Source: Pyrodictium abyssi
GTDB lineage: Archaea > Thermoproteota > Thermoprotei_A > Sulfolobales > Pyrodictiaceae
Length of the DNA stretch: 32,000 nt
Assembly (NCBI RefSeq): GCF_036323395.1
Contig: NZ_AP028907.1
Span: 2,010,001-2,042,000 of the forward strand
Direction: 5' to 3'
Shown: positions 1-8,543 of the stretch, one piece after another
Numbering within the stretch: position 1 is the first letter of the stretch
How the letters are laid out: every line of letters starts with the position of its first letter
The notes under the pieces: model-generated
What the model was told of the DNA's origin: nothing
Database searches by the model: none
The model's input: only the letters and a program-made list of their open reading frames with translations
Program-made: the position numbers and the translations under genes

Positions 1-288
1 TAGCAGGTAGAGGGCTAGGTAGCGCATGTGTCCCAGAGTCCGCTCTACTGCTCTACCGAAGAGGTAGAGGAAGTACATGTTGAACAGTATGTGGAACAGG
101 TTGGCATGGGTGAACATAGCTGTCAGTATCTTGTAGGCCGACGCTGGCTCTAGGAGCATATAGAGTGGCTCGAACCCGAGTCTTACTATCCACTCGCTAG
201 TGCTTGCTAGGAACCCTGTTTGCCACGATGTAACCACGTACACGGCCATGTTTACGATTATGAGCAGGTAGGTTACCCAGGGGGTCAC
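1..288 (-). CDS. Rhomboid-family intramembrane serine protease, partial (C-terminal part continues beyond window start)
   Basis: This gene runs off the window, so it is absent from the ORF track. The reverse complement of 1-288 is an open frame of 96 codons (hand-translated): VTPWVTYLLIIVNMAVYVVTSWQTGFLASTSEWIVRLGFEPLYMLLEPASAYKILTAMFTHANLFHILFNMYFLYLFGRAVERTLGHMRYLALYLL. It contains the rhomboid H-x4-H-x3-N signature (HANLFHILFN) in a multi-TM hydrophobic context. The start is uncertain: GTG at 288 or ATG at 249. An in-frame stop lies at 388-390. Confidence 0.7.
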   Translation of the reverse strand, partial: MTPWVTYLLIIVNMAVYVVTSWQTGFLASTSEWIVRLGFEPLYMLLEPASAYKILTAMFTHANLFHILFNMYFLYLFGRAVERTLGHMRYLALYLL

Positions 289-637
289 GTAGCTAAACGC
301 TGCCTCCTCAACCGCGAGAGGAAGCTCTCGGGTAAACCGCGGCAGACGCGGTGCTCTAACGCCGTGCAGGGCTAGGCACCTCTCCCGCTATCTCCCTCTA
401 GATTTGGAGCCAAGGCCTTGAGTTAATAACTAGGGTGGTATGCTCCCCGGGCCATGCAAGAGGTGTGAAAACTAGACCACCGGAGTACACCTCGTGACTA
501 GCGAACCTAGGACACCCTTCTAATACCCCAAGCAGAGTATGAGTAGACTACCCGAAGGAGCGTATAGCAGCATTCGCCCGCCAAGTTGGGCCCCCATCCG
601 TAGCCCGTGGCTGTCCTAGCTGCGAGGTGTACCCAGA

Positions 638-2014
638 TTGAGCGAGGTAATGGACATACTCTCCACGGCCATCTCCTACGCGTCGAGGCTAGGCGTCGAG
701 TTTGCTGAGATAAGGCTAGAACGTACGCGCTTTGCCCGCATAGAGATACGTGATGGAGTATACAATGTCTCGTCCGGCATAGACTACGGCGCGGCGGTCA
801 GGGTCTACGTTAACGGGTCAATGGGGTTCGCGTTCACGACGCGTATAGACACTGGATCCCTCCGCCGCGCCCTGGAGCAGGCCTACTCGCTCGCCCGCTC
901 GGCGCCAGGCAGCCAGCCTAAACCGCTGCTCTTCGACCCAGTGGAGGACTACTACGAGCACCCGGTGAAGAAAAGCACCGAGGACGTGCCTATAGATGTG
1001 AAGCTCAAGGACCTTGCCGAGCTAGACAAACTGGTAGCCGAAAAGAACTTCGTAAAGTCTAGACTAGTAGTCTACAACGAGCGCGTCGAAGAGCGATACT
1101 ACGCAAGCACCGAGGAGAGGTTCATCGGCGAGAAGCGTGAGCTCTCCTACCTCTACGCTTCAGCCTTCGGCGAGGAGGCAGGGGTGCGCGGCTCAGCGCA
1201 CATAACCCAGGGCACAGTGAAGGGCTACACGCTGTGGGAGAAGACGCCGCAGGAGAAGATGGCGGAGGAGCTGCTCGGGAGGCTCCAGCGTCAGCTCCGC
1301 GCAAAGACGCCGAGGGCGGGGAACTTCCCAGTAGTGATAGCGCCGGAGGCCCTCGGCGTCTTCGTCCACGAGGCCTTCGGCCACCTAGCAGAGGCGGACC
1401 TTGTGGAAGCGGGTAGCGCGCTTAAGGGCAAGAAAGGGCAGCAAGTAGCCTCCAGCCTGGTAAGCATAGTAGACGACCCGGGTATCGACGATGGGTTTGG
1501 GACGCTGCGCTACGACGACGAGGGCGTACGCACAGCCAGGGCAGTCATAGTCGAGAAGGGCATACACAAGCAGATAATGACCGACAGGATTCACGCAGCG
1601 GTGCTAGGGGCAGAGCCCACTGGCAACGCTAGGGCTGAGTCCTTCCGCTACCCCCCACTCGTCAGGATGAGAAACACTGTGATGCTGCCGGGCGACCATA
1701 GCGTAGAGGAGCTCTTCGAAGGCGTAGAGTTCGGGTACTACATAGTCTCGACAGCAGGCGGCCAGACCAATATAGACGGTAACTTCCAGGTCGGCGTCGA
1801 GGAGGCCTACGAGATAGTCAAGGGAGAGATAGGCGAGCCAGTACGCAACCTTAGCATAGTAGGCAATACTCTGGAGACTCTCCTCAACATAGATGCCGTG
1901 GCTAAGGACTTCGGCCTATTCTACGGCAGGTGTGGCAAGGGCCAGCTAGTCTACGTGTCTGACGGTGGCCCCCACGTGAGAGTACGCAGGATGACGGTTG
2001 GCGGACGCGAGTAG
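638..2014 (+). CDS. tldD: TldD-type metalloprotease (TldD/PmbA family)
   Basis: 458-aa ORF with an HExxxH zinc site (FVHEAFGHLAEADL), a C-terminal GRCGKGQ motif and family-typical length. It is followed by a PmbA-like paralog. ATG at 650, preceded by GAGGT, is a likelier start than TTG at 638. Confidence 0.9.
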   Translation: MSEVMDILSTAISYASRLGVEFAEIRLERTRFARIEIRDGVYNVSSGIDYGAAVRVYVNGSMGFAFTTRIDTGSLRRALEQAYSLARSAPGSQPKPLLFDPVEDYYEHPVKKSTEDVPIDVKLKDLAELDKLVAEKNFVKSRLVVYNERVEERYYASTEERFIGEKRELSYLYASAFGEEAGVRGSAHITQGTVKGYTLWEKTPQEKMAEELLGRLQRQLRAKTPRAGNFPVVIAPEALGVFVHEAFGHLAEADLVEAGSALKGKKGQQVASSLVSIVDDPGIDDGFGTLRYDDEGVRTARAVIVEKGIHKQIMTDRIHAAVLGAEPTGNARAESFRYPPLVRMRNTVMLPGDHSVEELFEGVEFGYYIVSTAGGQTNIDGNFQVGVEEAYEIVKGEIGEPVRNLSIVGNTLETLLNIDAVAKDFGLFYGRCGKGQLVYVSDGGPHVRVRRMTVGGRE

Positions 2015-2026
2015 CAGTAGCCATGG

Positions 2027-2032
2027 TTTTTA
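2027..2032 (+). promoter_or_regulatory. TTTTTA element between tldD and pmbA (TATA-like box or oligo-T terminator)
   Basis: It lies 13 nt after the tldD stop and 32-37 nt before ATG 2064. I cannot tell from sequence whether it acts as a terminator or a promoter. Confidence 0.2.
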
Positions 2033-2063
2033 CGGATAGATGATGGATGCATGATTACACTCC

Positions 2064-3446
2064 ATGCGCAGGTGGTGTATGGGCATGGCTAGCCGCATCA
2101 GTCCGGCAGAGCTAGGCGTAATGGCGGCGCGCTGGGCTATACGCGAGGGAGCTACCGAGGCGGAGATATACATTCACGTATTCCGAGGATATAGTGCCGA
2201 TATTAGGACAAACAAGATTGAAACCGTGGCAGCCATAGAGGACGTTGGAGTGGGCATACGCGTAGCAGTGGGCAAGAAAACGGGCTTCTCGTACACCACG
2301 GGGATGGATGCGCAGCGCGTGAGAGAGGCGGTAAAGAGGGCGGTCAAACAGGCTAGGGCCGCTCCGGAGGATAAATGGTGGCAGGGCTTCCCTGAGCCTA
2401 GTAAAAGCTACCCAGAGCCTGGCGGCATGTTCAGCGTGGCGGTAGCGCGCGCAGGCCCCAAGACAGTACTAGAGCATGCCCGCGAAATGCTCGACAAGGC
2501 CTCCTCGATAAAGGACCTCGTGCTCGCCCGTGGAAGCGTCTCAGTCTATACGCTAGAACGTGCAGTTGTCAACACTAACGGTGTATACCGGGTAGACGTC
2601 GGCACGGCTGCGCTGGTTACAGCCGGGGTTACCATGAGGAAAGACGGATTGATAACGCCAATGATATACGATATGGACATGAGTAGGGTCGCGATACCGG
2701 AGAGTGACGCGGTGGTTGAGAGGGCAGCAGAGACAGCTAAGCAGTGCACAACTCTCTACCGTGGGCTCCAGACCGGGAAGTACACGGTAGTCTTGTCGCC
2801 GAAGGTGTTTGCAGAGCTCATGGAGGAGACTGTTCTCTACTCTCTCCGCGGCGACATATACGTGAGGGGGCGGAGCTACTATGGTAACAGGCTGGGCGAG
2901 CAGGCCCTATCAGAGAAGATAACGATAGTAGACGACGGGGCTATGAGGGGTGGAGATGCTACGTGGAGGTTCGACGGCGAGGGTGTCGCTACAGCGCGCA
3001 AAGTCCTCGTGGAGAAAGGCGTAGTACGAGGATTTGTATTTGACAGCTACTGGGGAAGACGCGCAGGGCAGGAGAGTACCGGAAACGCTTCCCGGGACGG
3101 CTATGCCTCTAGGCCGCACCCTGGCTACACCAATGTAGTAGTGGAGCCGGGCGACGCTGCCTCAGAGGAGCTCCTGGACGGCAGAGTGCTCGTCGTACAC
3201 CAGGTACAGGGTGCACACACGACAAACCCTGACACTGGCGAGTACAGCGTACTCGCGAACCCCGCCATATACTATGAAAACGGGGAGCCGAAGGGATGGG
3301 TGCCAGGCATAGTGCTGTCCGGCAACTTCTACAAGGAGATAGCATCAAACGTAGAAGCCCTCAGCAAGACCGTGGAGAAAGCATATCCAGGCATGTACAT
3401 GCCCTGGATAAGGCTCAACGGTATAACTGTGGCTGTAAAGAGCTAG
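2064..3446 (+). CDS. pmbA: PmbA/TldE-type partner of TldD (TldD/PmbA family, no HExxxH)
   Basis: 460-aa ORF 50 nt downstream of tldD on the same strand. Its layout and length are paralogous to TldD/PmbA proteins (C-terminal HQVQGAHTTNPDTGEYS region). I see no HExxxH, as expected for the PmbA subunit. The start could be 2079 or 2085 (MGMAS), preceded by GGTGGTG. Confidence 0.85.
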   Translation: MRRWCMGMASRISPAELGVMAARWAIREGATEAEIYIHVFRGYSADIRTNKIETVAAIEDVGVGIRVAVGKKTGFSYTTGMDAQRVREAVKRAVKQARAAPEDKWWQGFPEPSKSYPEPGGMFSVAVARAGPKTVLEHAREMLDKASSIKDLVLARGSVSVYTLERAVVNTNGVYRVDVGTAALVTAGVTMRKDGLITPMIYDMDMSRVAIPESDAVVERAAETAKQCTTLYRGLQTGKYTVVLSPKVFAELMEETVLYSLRGDIYVRGRSYYGNRLGEQALSEKITIVDDGAMRGGDATWRFDGEGVATARKVLVEKGVVRGFVFDSYWGRRAGQESTGNASRDGYASRPHPGYTNVVVEPGDAASEELLDGRVLVVHQVQGAHTTNPDTGEYSVLANPAIYYENGEPKGWVPGIVLSGNFYKEIASNVEALSKTVEKAYPGMYMPWIRLNGITVAVKS

Positions 3447-3460
3447 GAAGCCCTGGAGCA

Positions 3461-4237
3461 CTAGCACACGTATTTCACTACTATCTCGCCAGGGCCATGG
3501 ACAGTGTACTCCACGGCTAGGAAGCCCTCAGAGACGCAAGCCTCCGAGGGCCCCACCGAGGCAGCCCTACGCGCATGCTTGTTTATAATCTCGACAAGCT
3601 CGGCGGCGAGCTGGCTCAGAGGAAGCCTTAGCTCCATTACACGCTTCCTGATAACAGCTGGGTCGGGTAGAACAGCAACACCCTTGCCCGGCGGGTCTAT
3701 GCCTGCGGCATGGAGCCCCGCTGCGGCAAGGACGTAGAGGGACTGTGGTACAACCAAGAGCTTCCGCGCTCCTCCCCTTTCAACAATGATGGTCTGCTGG
3801 CCCGGTGTTCTCCGTAGACCGCTTCTAGGCCAACGGCCTAGCCTAGCACGGTTCAGCCCTAGGCCTAGCACCGCGGCAGCTAGTATGGGCTCTGCGTAGA
3901 ACACCGTTGAGCTGGCTGCGAGGCTCTCCTCTAGCGCAGCTAGAGCCTCGACCTCCTCCTCTAGAGCGTCTAACCAGGGTCTAAACCTGGGTTCAGCGAA
4001 CGGCGAAGCCTCTTCAGCTTCCTCTCTAAGGGCGTAGTACGCCTCCACTATGTACTCGTATAACGGCTCATAGCCTGTTGTGTGCGCTGCTGGAATGGAT
4101 GCGAACATGGCTGCAAGCCCTCCGGGGAAGGTGTAGCCCAGACTGGCTAGGCGGCGGCGCGCATACTCTATTACTGGTAGAAGCCAGCGTGGAGGCTGTA
4201 TAGAGGGGTCACCCACTGGAGCCATCTCGCCGGCCAC
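3461..4237 (-). CDS. Hypothetical protein (no recognisable family)
   Basis: 258-aa ORF that fills an otherwise empty 790-nt gap. Composition is protein-like with an acidic helical middle (ALREEAEEASPFAEPRFRPWLDALEEEVEALAALEESL). It is convergent with pmbA (14-nt gap) and divergent from the K+ channel gene. I recognise no motif. Confidence 0.5.
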   Translation of the reverse strand: MAGEMAPVGDPSIQPPRWLLPVIEYARRRLASLGYTFPGGLAAMFASIPAAHTTGYEPLYEYIVEAYYALREEAEEASPFAEPRFRPWLDALEEEVEALAALEESLAASSTVFYAEPILAAAVLGLGLNRARLGRWPRSGLRRTPGQQTIIVERGGARKLLVVPQSLYVLAAAGLHAAGIDPPGKGVAVLPDPAVIRKRVMELRLPLSQLAAELVEIINKHARRAASVGPSEACVSEGFLAVEYTVHGPGEIVVKYVC

Positions 4238-4352
4238 TCTCGCGCTAGCCAGGCCACGGGGGCAGTTATTCTACCAGGCGGTGGAGCCGGCAGGGCGAAG
4301 AGGTATAGAGGCTGTACTCCCAGGACGCGTGCATAGCGGAGGCGGCTAAACG

Positions 4353-5312
4353 GTGAAACGGCTAAAGATAATCGCCGCGGTGTTGGCGACACTCACAGCA
4401 ATACTTGTCGTGAGCGCGGCCATATTCTATACTTTCGAGCGTGCTGCGAACCCCGGCATGAGCTTCCTTGACGCCCTCTACTGGGCCTTCATAACCGCCA
4501 CCACGATAGGCTACGGTGACATAACGCCCACTACTATACCCGGCCGCATAGTAGCCGTAGTAGCCGCTATAGCCGGTATAGCAGCGTTCACGGCTCTGAT
4601 AGGGGTAGTAGCGGACGCTCTCGTGGATAGCGCTACCCGCCGCGTCCTAGGCGTGAGCAGTATCAGGAAGCGCGGCCACATAGTAGTCCTCGGCTGGAGC
4701 CCGCTCGCGCCGATACTGATACGCGAGATAAAGGCCAATATCCGGGATGCTGATATAGTAGTTGTTGACGAGAAAGTCCCCCTAACGGTAGGTGATGGAG
4801 TACAGGTTGTACGTGGCGACCCGCTGGACCGTGAGGCGCTAGAAAAAGCGTCAATAAGCCAGGCAAGGTACATAGTAGTGGCCGAGATAGATGATTCGCG
4901 TGCTGTACTAGAGGTGCTCCACGCTAGAAGGGCTAACAAGCAGGCAAAGATAGTAGCAATGGTAGTTGACAGCGAGAATGTCGACATACTTAGACAGGCT
5001 GGTGCAGACCACGTTGTACCGGTAACAATAGCGGCCATGTTGGCTGCAAGCTTCATATTCGAGCCCAGCGTGCCGCAGGTCCTCATAGACTTGGCTAGTA
5101 GCGTTATAGGCCTAGCCGATGTGGTCGAAGAGGATGCCTCGCAGTACGTGGGTAAGCAGTTCGGTGACGTGCTGCTAGAGGCTAAGAGAAGGCAGAATAA
5201 GATACCGATAGCAGTATACAGTGCTGAGAAGGGCCTACTAGTGAACCCGCCTTGGGACTACGTAGTGAGTGAAGGCGACCGTTTGATATCGATAATAAGC
5301 GGTAACCAGTAG
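4353..5312 (+). CDS. Two-TM potassium channel with cytoplasmic RCK/TrkA domain (MthK-like)
   Basis: K+ selectivity filter TTIGYGD (ITATTIGYGDITP) lies between two hydrophobic helices. An RCK-type Rossmann start follows (HIVVLGWSPLAPILIREI), then a TrkA-C-like tail. The start is GTG at 4353, preceded by GGAGGCGG. Confidence 0.9.
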   Translation: MKRLKIIAAVLATLTAILVVSAAIFYTFERAANPGMSFLDALYWAFITATTIGYGDITPTTIPGRIVAVVAAIAGIAAFTALIGVVADALVDSATRRVLGVSSIRKRGHIVVLGWSPLAPILIREIKANIRDADIVVVDEKVPLTVGDGVQVVRGDPLDREALEKASISQARYIVVAEIDDSRAVLEVLHARRANKQAKIVAMVVDSENVDILRQAGADHVVPVTIAAMLAASFIFEPSVPQVLIDLASSVIGLADVVEEDASQYVGKQFGDVLLEAKRRQNKIPIAVYSAEKGLLVNPPWDYVVSEGDRLISIISGNQ

Positions 5313-5389
5313 CTAGGCGGCTCCGACACGTGCTGTAAAACCGCCGAGTAAGACCTTATATCCTCTCCCAGGGTCTGCTGCCAAGCATC

Positions 5390-6784
5390 TTGAGAGGGAT
5401 TGAGCCAGTCATGCCGAGTGAAAAGCGGCTAGCTGTGACAATAGTGGCACTAATGGTGCTCGCTCTAACCATGTTCACGGCCTACTACGTGCTGACCTCC
5501 ACAGGAGGACAGTCTAACGGCGTGAAACTGGTCATAGTGACGCGCCTCTCCCCCGAGGAGCAGAAGGCCTTGCGAGAGGCCTTCCTCAACAGCACTATAG
5601 CAAAGCAGTACGGCATAACCGATGTCGAGTTCCGTAAGCTAGACTACTCCCAGTGGCCCGACCTAGCAGCAAGCGGGCAGGTAGACGCCTTCTTCATAGG
5701 AGAGAAGCCTGTCTACGACCGGCTCTGCAGAGAGGGCCTACTAGCCCCGATAAGCCTCAAAGAGCTAGTAGACATAGTAGCAGGGCTCGATAGCCGGTAC
5801 GTAGGCAGGGCTGGCGGCGATATATGCTGGGTAGCTGTAGGCCAGGCAGTGTACGGCTTTATCGTGAACAAGATGTTCCTTGAACGCTATGGGCTGCCGG
5901 TGCCAGAGACATGGGGAACCCTCATGGAGCCCGATTATGTGAAACCACTAGCATCTGCCAGCTACACAGTATCGTTCCCAAGACCCACCAAGAGCGGTAC
6001 AGCCAGGACCATAGTCCATGGCATCCTGCAGAAGTATGGATGGGACGAGGGCTGGCGCCTCCTAACAGTCATGGGCATGGAGGCTGGGATAGTAGACAGC
6101 TCTGAGACGGCTCGCGACCAGGCAGCCGAGGGTGTTGTCGGCGTAGCACCTGCCTACATAGGGTACGGTATAGAAGCCGAAAAGGTGGGCAAGGGCGCCG
6201 TATTCAAGATACCACGAGGCGAAGGCATACTTTACCTATCGCTAGCAGCCGTTGCAAAGGGCAGCAAACACCCGGTCGAGGCCCAGGCCTTCATACTCTG
6301 GCTGTTGAGCGACGAAGGCCAGCGTACACTAGCTAGGCTGTTCTACTACATACCGGTGAGGTCAGTCACGGGTATAGAGTGGGTGGAGAGGATATACAAC
6401 GAACTCAAAGACAACATATTCGACTACGACCGTGGCCTCGCGTCAAAGGTAGACCTCGCGGTGACCACGTACTTTGAGGCAGCCATAGCGGATAGCGACA
6501 CAAACGCTTTGCTCAAGCAGATCGGAAGCCTCCTAGCCAACCTCTACGCTTCCGGGAAGCTGACGAGAAACGAGTACATGGAGATAGTAGCTAAGCTAGG
6601 CTCGCCGCTGAAGATACGCGACCCGTGGAGCAGCGAGGAGAAGACGTTCACGCTAGACTACGCTAAAGAGATAAACAACAAGCTAGCCGATGGGACGGAG
6701 CGTGATAAGTTCTACAACGCCGTAAAGGAGGCTGCAATAGAGCGGTATCAGGCAATACTCAACATGCTCCGCGGGAAGGGCTAA
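5390..6784 (+). CDS. ABC transporter extracellular substrate-binding protein (iron(III)/thiamine-type class, specificity unknown)
   Basis: N-terminal membrane anchor or signal (LAVTIVALMVLALTMFTAYYVL), SBP-like alpha/beta body, and a stop 4 nt before the ABC permease gene. The likely start is ATG 5411 (MPSEKR). A ~100-aa C-terminal helical extension is atypical for the family. Confidence 0.65.
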   Translation: MRGIEPVMPSEKRLAVTIVALMVLALTMFTAYYVLTSTGGQSNGVKLVIVTRLSPEEQKALREAFLNSTIAKQYGITDVEFRKLDYSQWPDLAASGQVDAFFIGEKPVYDRLCREGLLAPISLKELVDIVAGLDSRYVGRAGGDICWVAVGQAVYGFIVNKMFLERYGLPVPETWGTLMEPDYVKPLASASYTVSFPRPTKSGTARTIVHGILQKYGWDEGWRLLTVMGMEAGIVDSSETARDQAAEGVVGVAPAYIGYGIEAEKVGKGAVFKIPRGEGILYLSLAAVAKGSKHPVEAQAFILWLLSDEGQRTLARLFYYIPVRSVTGIEWVERIYNELKDNIFDYDRGLASKVDLAVTTYFEAAIADSDTNALLKQIGSLLANLYASGKLTRNEYMEIVAKLGSPLKIRDPWSSEEKTFTLDYAKEINNKLADGTERDKFYNAVKEAAIERYQAILNMLRGKG

Positions 6785-6788
6785 CGCT

Positions 6789-8543
6789 ATGCGTACACCA
6801 CTGTGGCCCGCAGCGCCAGCCACGGCTCTAGTCGTTCTTCTCCTCCTAGCCCCCGTCATGTACACGTTTTCACCGGGACTAGTGCTCGAGGGTGTTAGGC
6901 TCGCAGTAGAGCGGCCAGGTAGCCTCTCGCCGGTAGCGAATACACCGGCCGTAGAGGTCCTGAAGGCTGGTGGCCGCTATACAGTTGTGCTACGGGGGCC
7001 GAGCCTCGGGGCTATACCTGGTAGCCTCGTCCTCGCGCTAGTGGTGTCATCGGCGGCGACGCTTCTCGGCTTTCTAGCTGCACTGGCAGCGCTCCTCTAC
7101 CGTAAGCTCTCCCGCGTGGCAATAGTGCTGGCAGTCGTCTCGCTGCTTCCGTACCCCTTCGTCGAGGCCTATGTCGTGCGTAGACTGGTAGACCCCGAGA
7201 ATGGGCTCGTGAACCTGGCGTTACGTCCACTTGGAGTAGGCCTTGTAGTGCAGGGAGTAGCTGGCGTAGCACTCTACCAGGTGCTCGTGTTCACACCCAT
7301 AGCATTCATAATACTGTACGGCTACATGTCTGGCATCAGCCGCGAGGCTGTGGAGTCCGCTCTACAGCTAGGCGCGGCCGGGGCGAGGCTAGCATGGCTC
7401 GTCGCCCGCCTCTCTAGCCCCGCAATAGCAGCCTCAGCCGCAGTGACAGCGGTTCTGAGCCTTGACGATGTAGCTGGGCCGCTCGTATTCCAGATGGACT
7501 CGGGTGCTAGGAGCCTACTAGCCTACCGGGCGTACAGCTACTTCATGGAGTCCGTGACGGGCACTGTATCGCCTACAGCGCTAGGCTACAGCGTGATACT
7601 ACTATCCGTGTCTCTTGCAGTCTTCCTGGCGGGCTACCCTTTCATAGCCAAGACCTACCGGGGGCTCCAGCCAGCCAGCCGTAACGCGGGCATACTGCCG
7701 CGCCTAGGCCTGCGTGGTGCCTGGGCGGTAGCAGCTCTAGCAGTGTCTCTAGGGGCTCCCGCCCTGGTAAAACTCCTAGCCATTGCCTACGGCTTTAGCG
7801 GCAACTGGGTAGCGTCCCCTATTCCGAGCATAGGCTTCGACTCTTTCAGGGCACTGTTTGAGATGCCAGACCTTGTGCGTGGCGTCCTCAATAGTCTCTT
7901 CTACACCGCTGTGTCCCTAGCGGTCTCCCTGGTACTGGCGTTGCCAGCCTCGCACGTTCTCGCACGGAGAGCGGGAAGACTGGCAGCCCTAGCAGACGCG
8001 GTTGTAAACATACCAGTCGCTGTGCCGGGGATCGTGCTAGCGTACGCGTACTACGTAGTCTTCCACAGCCTCTTCGCGGGCACGCTGCTAGACCCGATAA
8101 CAGGCCCGTGGATCTACCTAGTAGCCGGGTATACTGTACGTAGGCTCACGCTGCTCTACAAGGCAGCCCAGGCGCTAGTAGCCTCTATACCGGTAGAGCT
8201 TGAGGAGGCAGCGGCAGCGCTAGGGGCAGGGGTAGGCCGGGTAGAAAGAGCAATAATAGCGCCGATAGCCATACAGAGGCTGCAGCCGGCGATAGTGTTT
8301 ACAGCGTTGAGCATAGCTACTGAGGTCAGCCTCTCGATAACCATCGGCGGCCTGGCAGGCTCTAGCGGTTTTACGCACCCAGCCCCACTCATGTACCTCG
8401 TGGCAGGCTACATGAGCTACGGTGGGCTCGCCTACGCGGGTGTACTAGCCCTAGCAACCACAATACTCCATGCCGGGGTTGTTGTCCTTGCGCTTCTTGA
8501 GGCCAGACTAGCTCTAATAATCCTCAGGAAGAGCTACCGGTAG
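6789..8543 (+). CDS. ABC transporter permease, fused double MetI-like domain (about 12 TM)
   Basis: 584-aa highly hydrophobic ORF with two EAA-type loops (REAVESALQLGAAGARLAWLV and ELEEAAAALGAGVGRVERAII). This is typical of FbpB/ThiP-like duplicated permeases. Confidence 0.8.
   Translation: MRTPLWPAAPATALVVLLLLAPVMYTFSPGLVLEGVRLAVERPGSLSPVANTPAVEVLKAGGRYTVVLRGPSLGAIPGSLVLALVVSSAATLLGFLAALAALLYRKLSRVAIVLAVVSLLPYPFVEAYVVRRLVDPENGLVNLALRPLGVGLVVQGVAGVALYQVLVFTPIAFIILYGYMSGISREAVESALQLGAAGARLAWLVARLSSPAIAASAAVTAVLSLDDVAGPLVFQMDSGARSLLAYRAYSYFMESVTGTVSPTALGYSVILLSVSLAVFLAGYPFIAKTYRGLQPASRNAGILPRLGLRGAWAVAALAVSLGAPALVKLLAIAYGFSGNWVASPIPSIGFDSFRALFEMPDLVRGVLNSLFYTAVSLAVSLVLALPASHVLARRAGRLAALADAVVNIPVAVPGIVLAYAYYVVFHSLFAGTLLDPITGPWIYLVAGYTVRRLTLLYKAAQALVASIPVELEEAAAALGAGVGRVERAIIAPIAIQRLQPAIVFTALSIATEVSLSITIGGLAGSSGFTHPAPLMYLVAGYMSYGGLAYAGVLALATTILHAGVVVLALLEARLALIILRKSYR

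Noticed and set aside
4511-5086. 191-aa antisense ORF inside the K+ channel gene
   Set aside because: It is Thr/Ser/Ala-rich with no motif. It overlaps a gene with an unambiguous TTIGYGD filter and RCK domain. Long off-frame ORFs are expected at this GC content.
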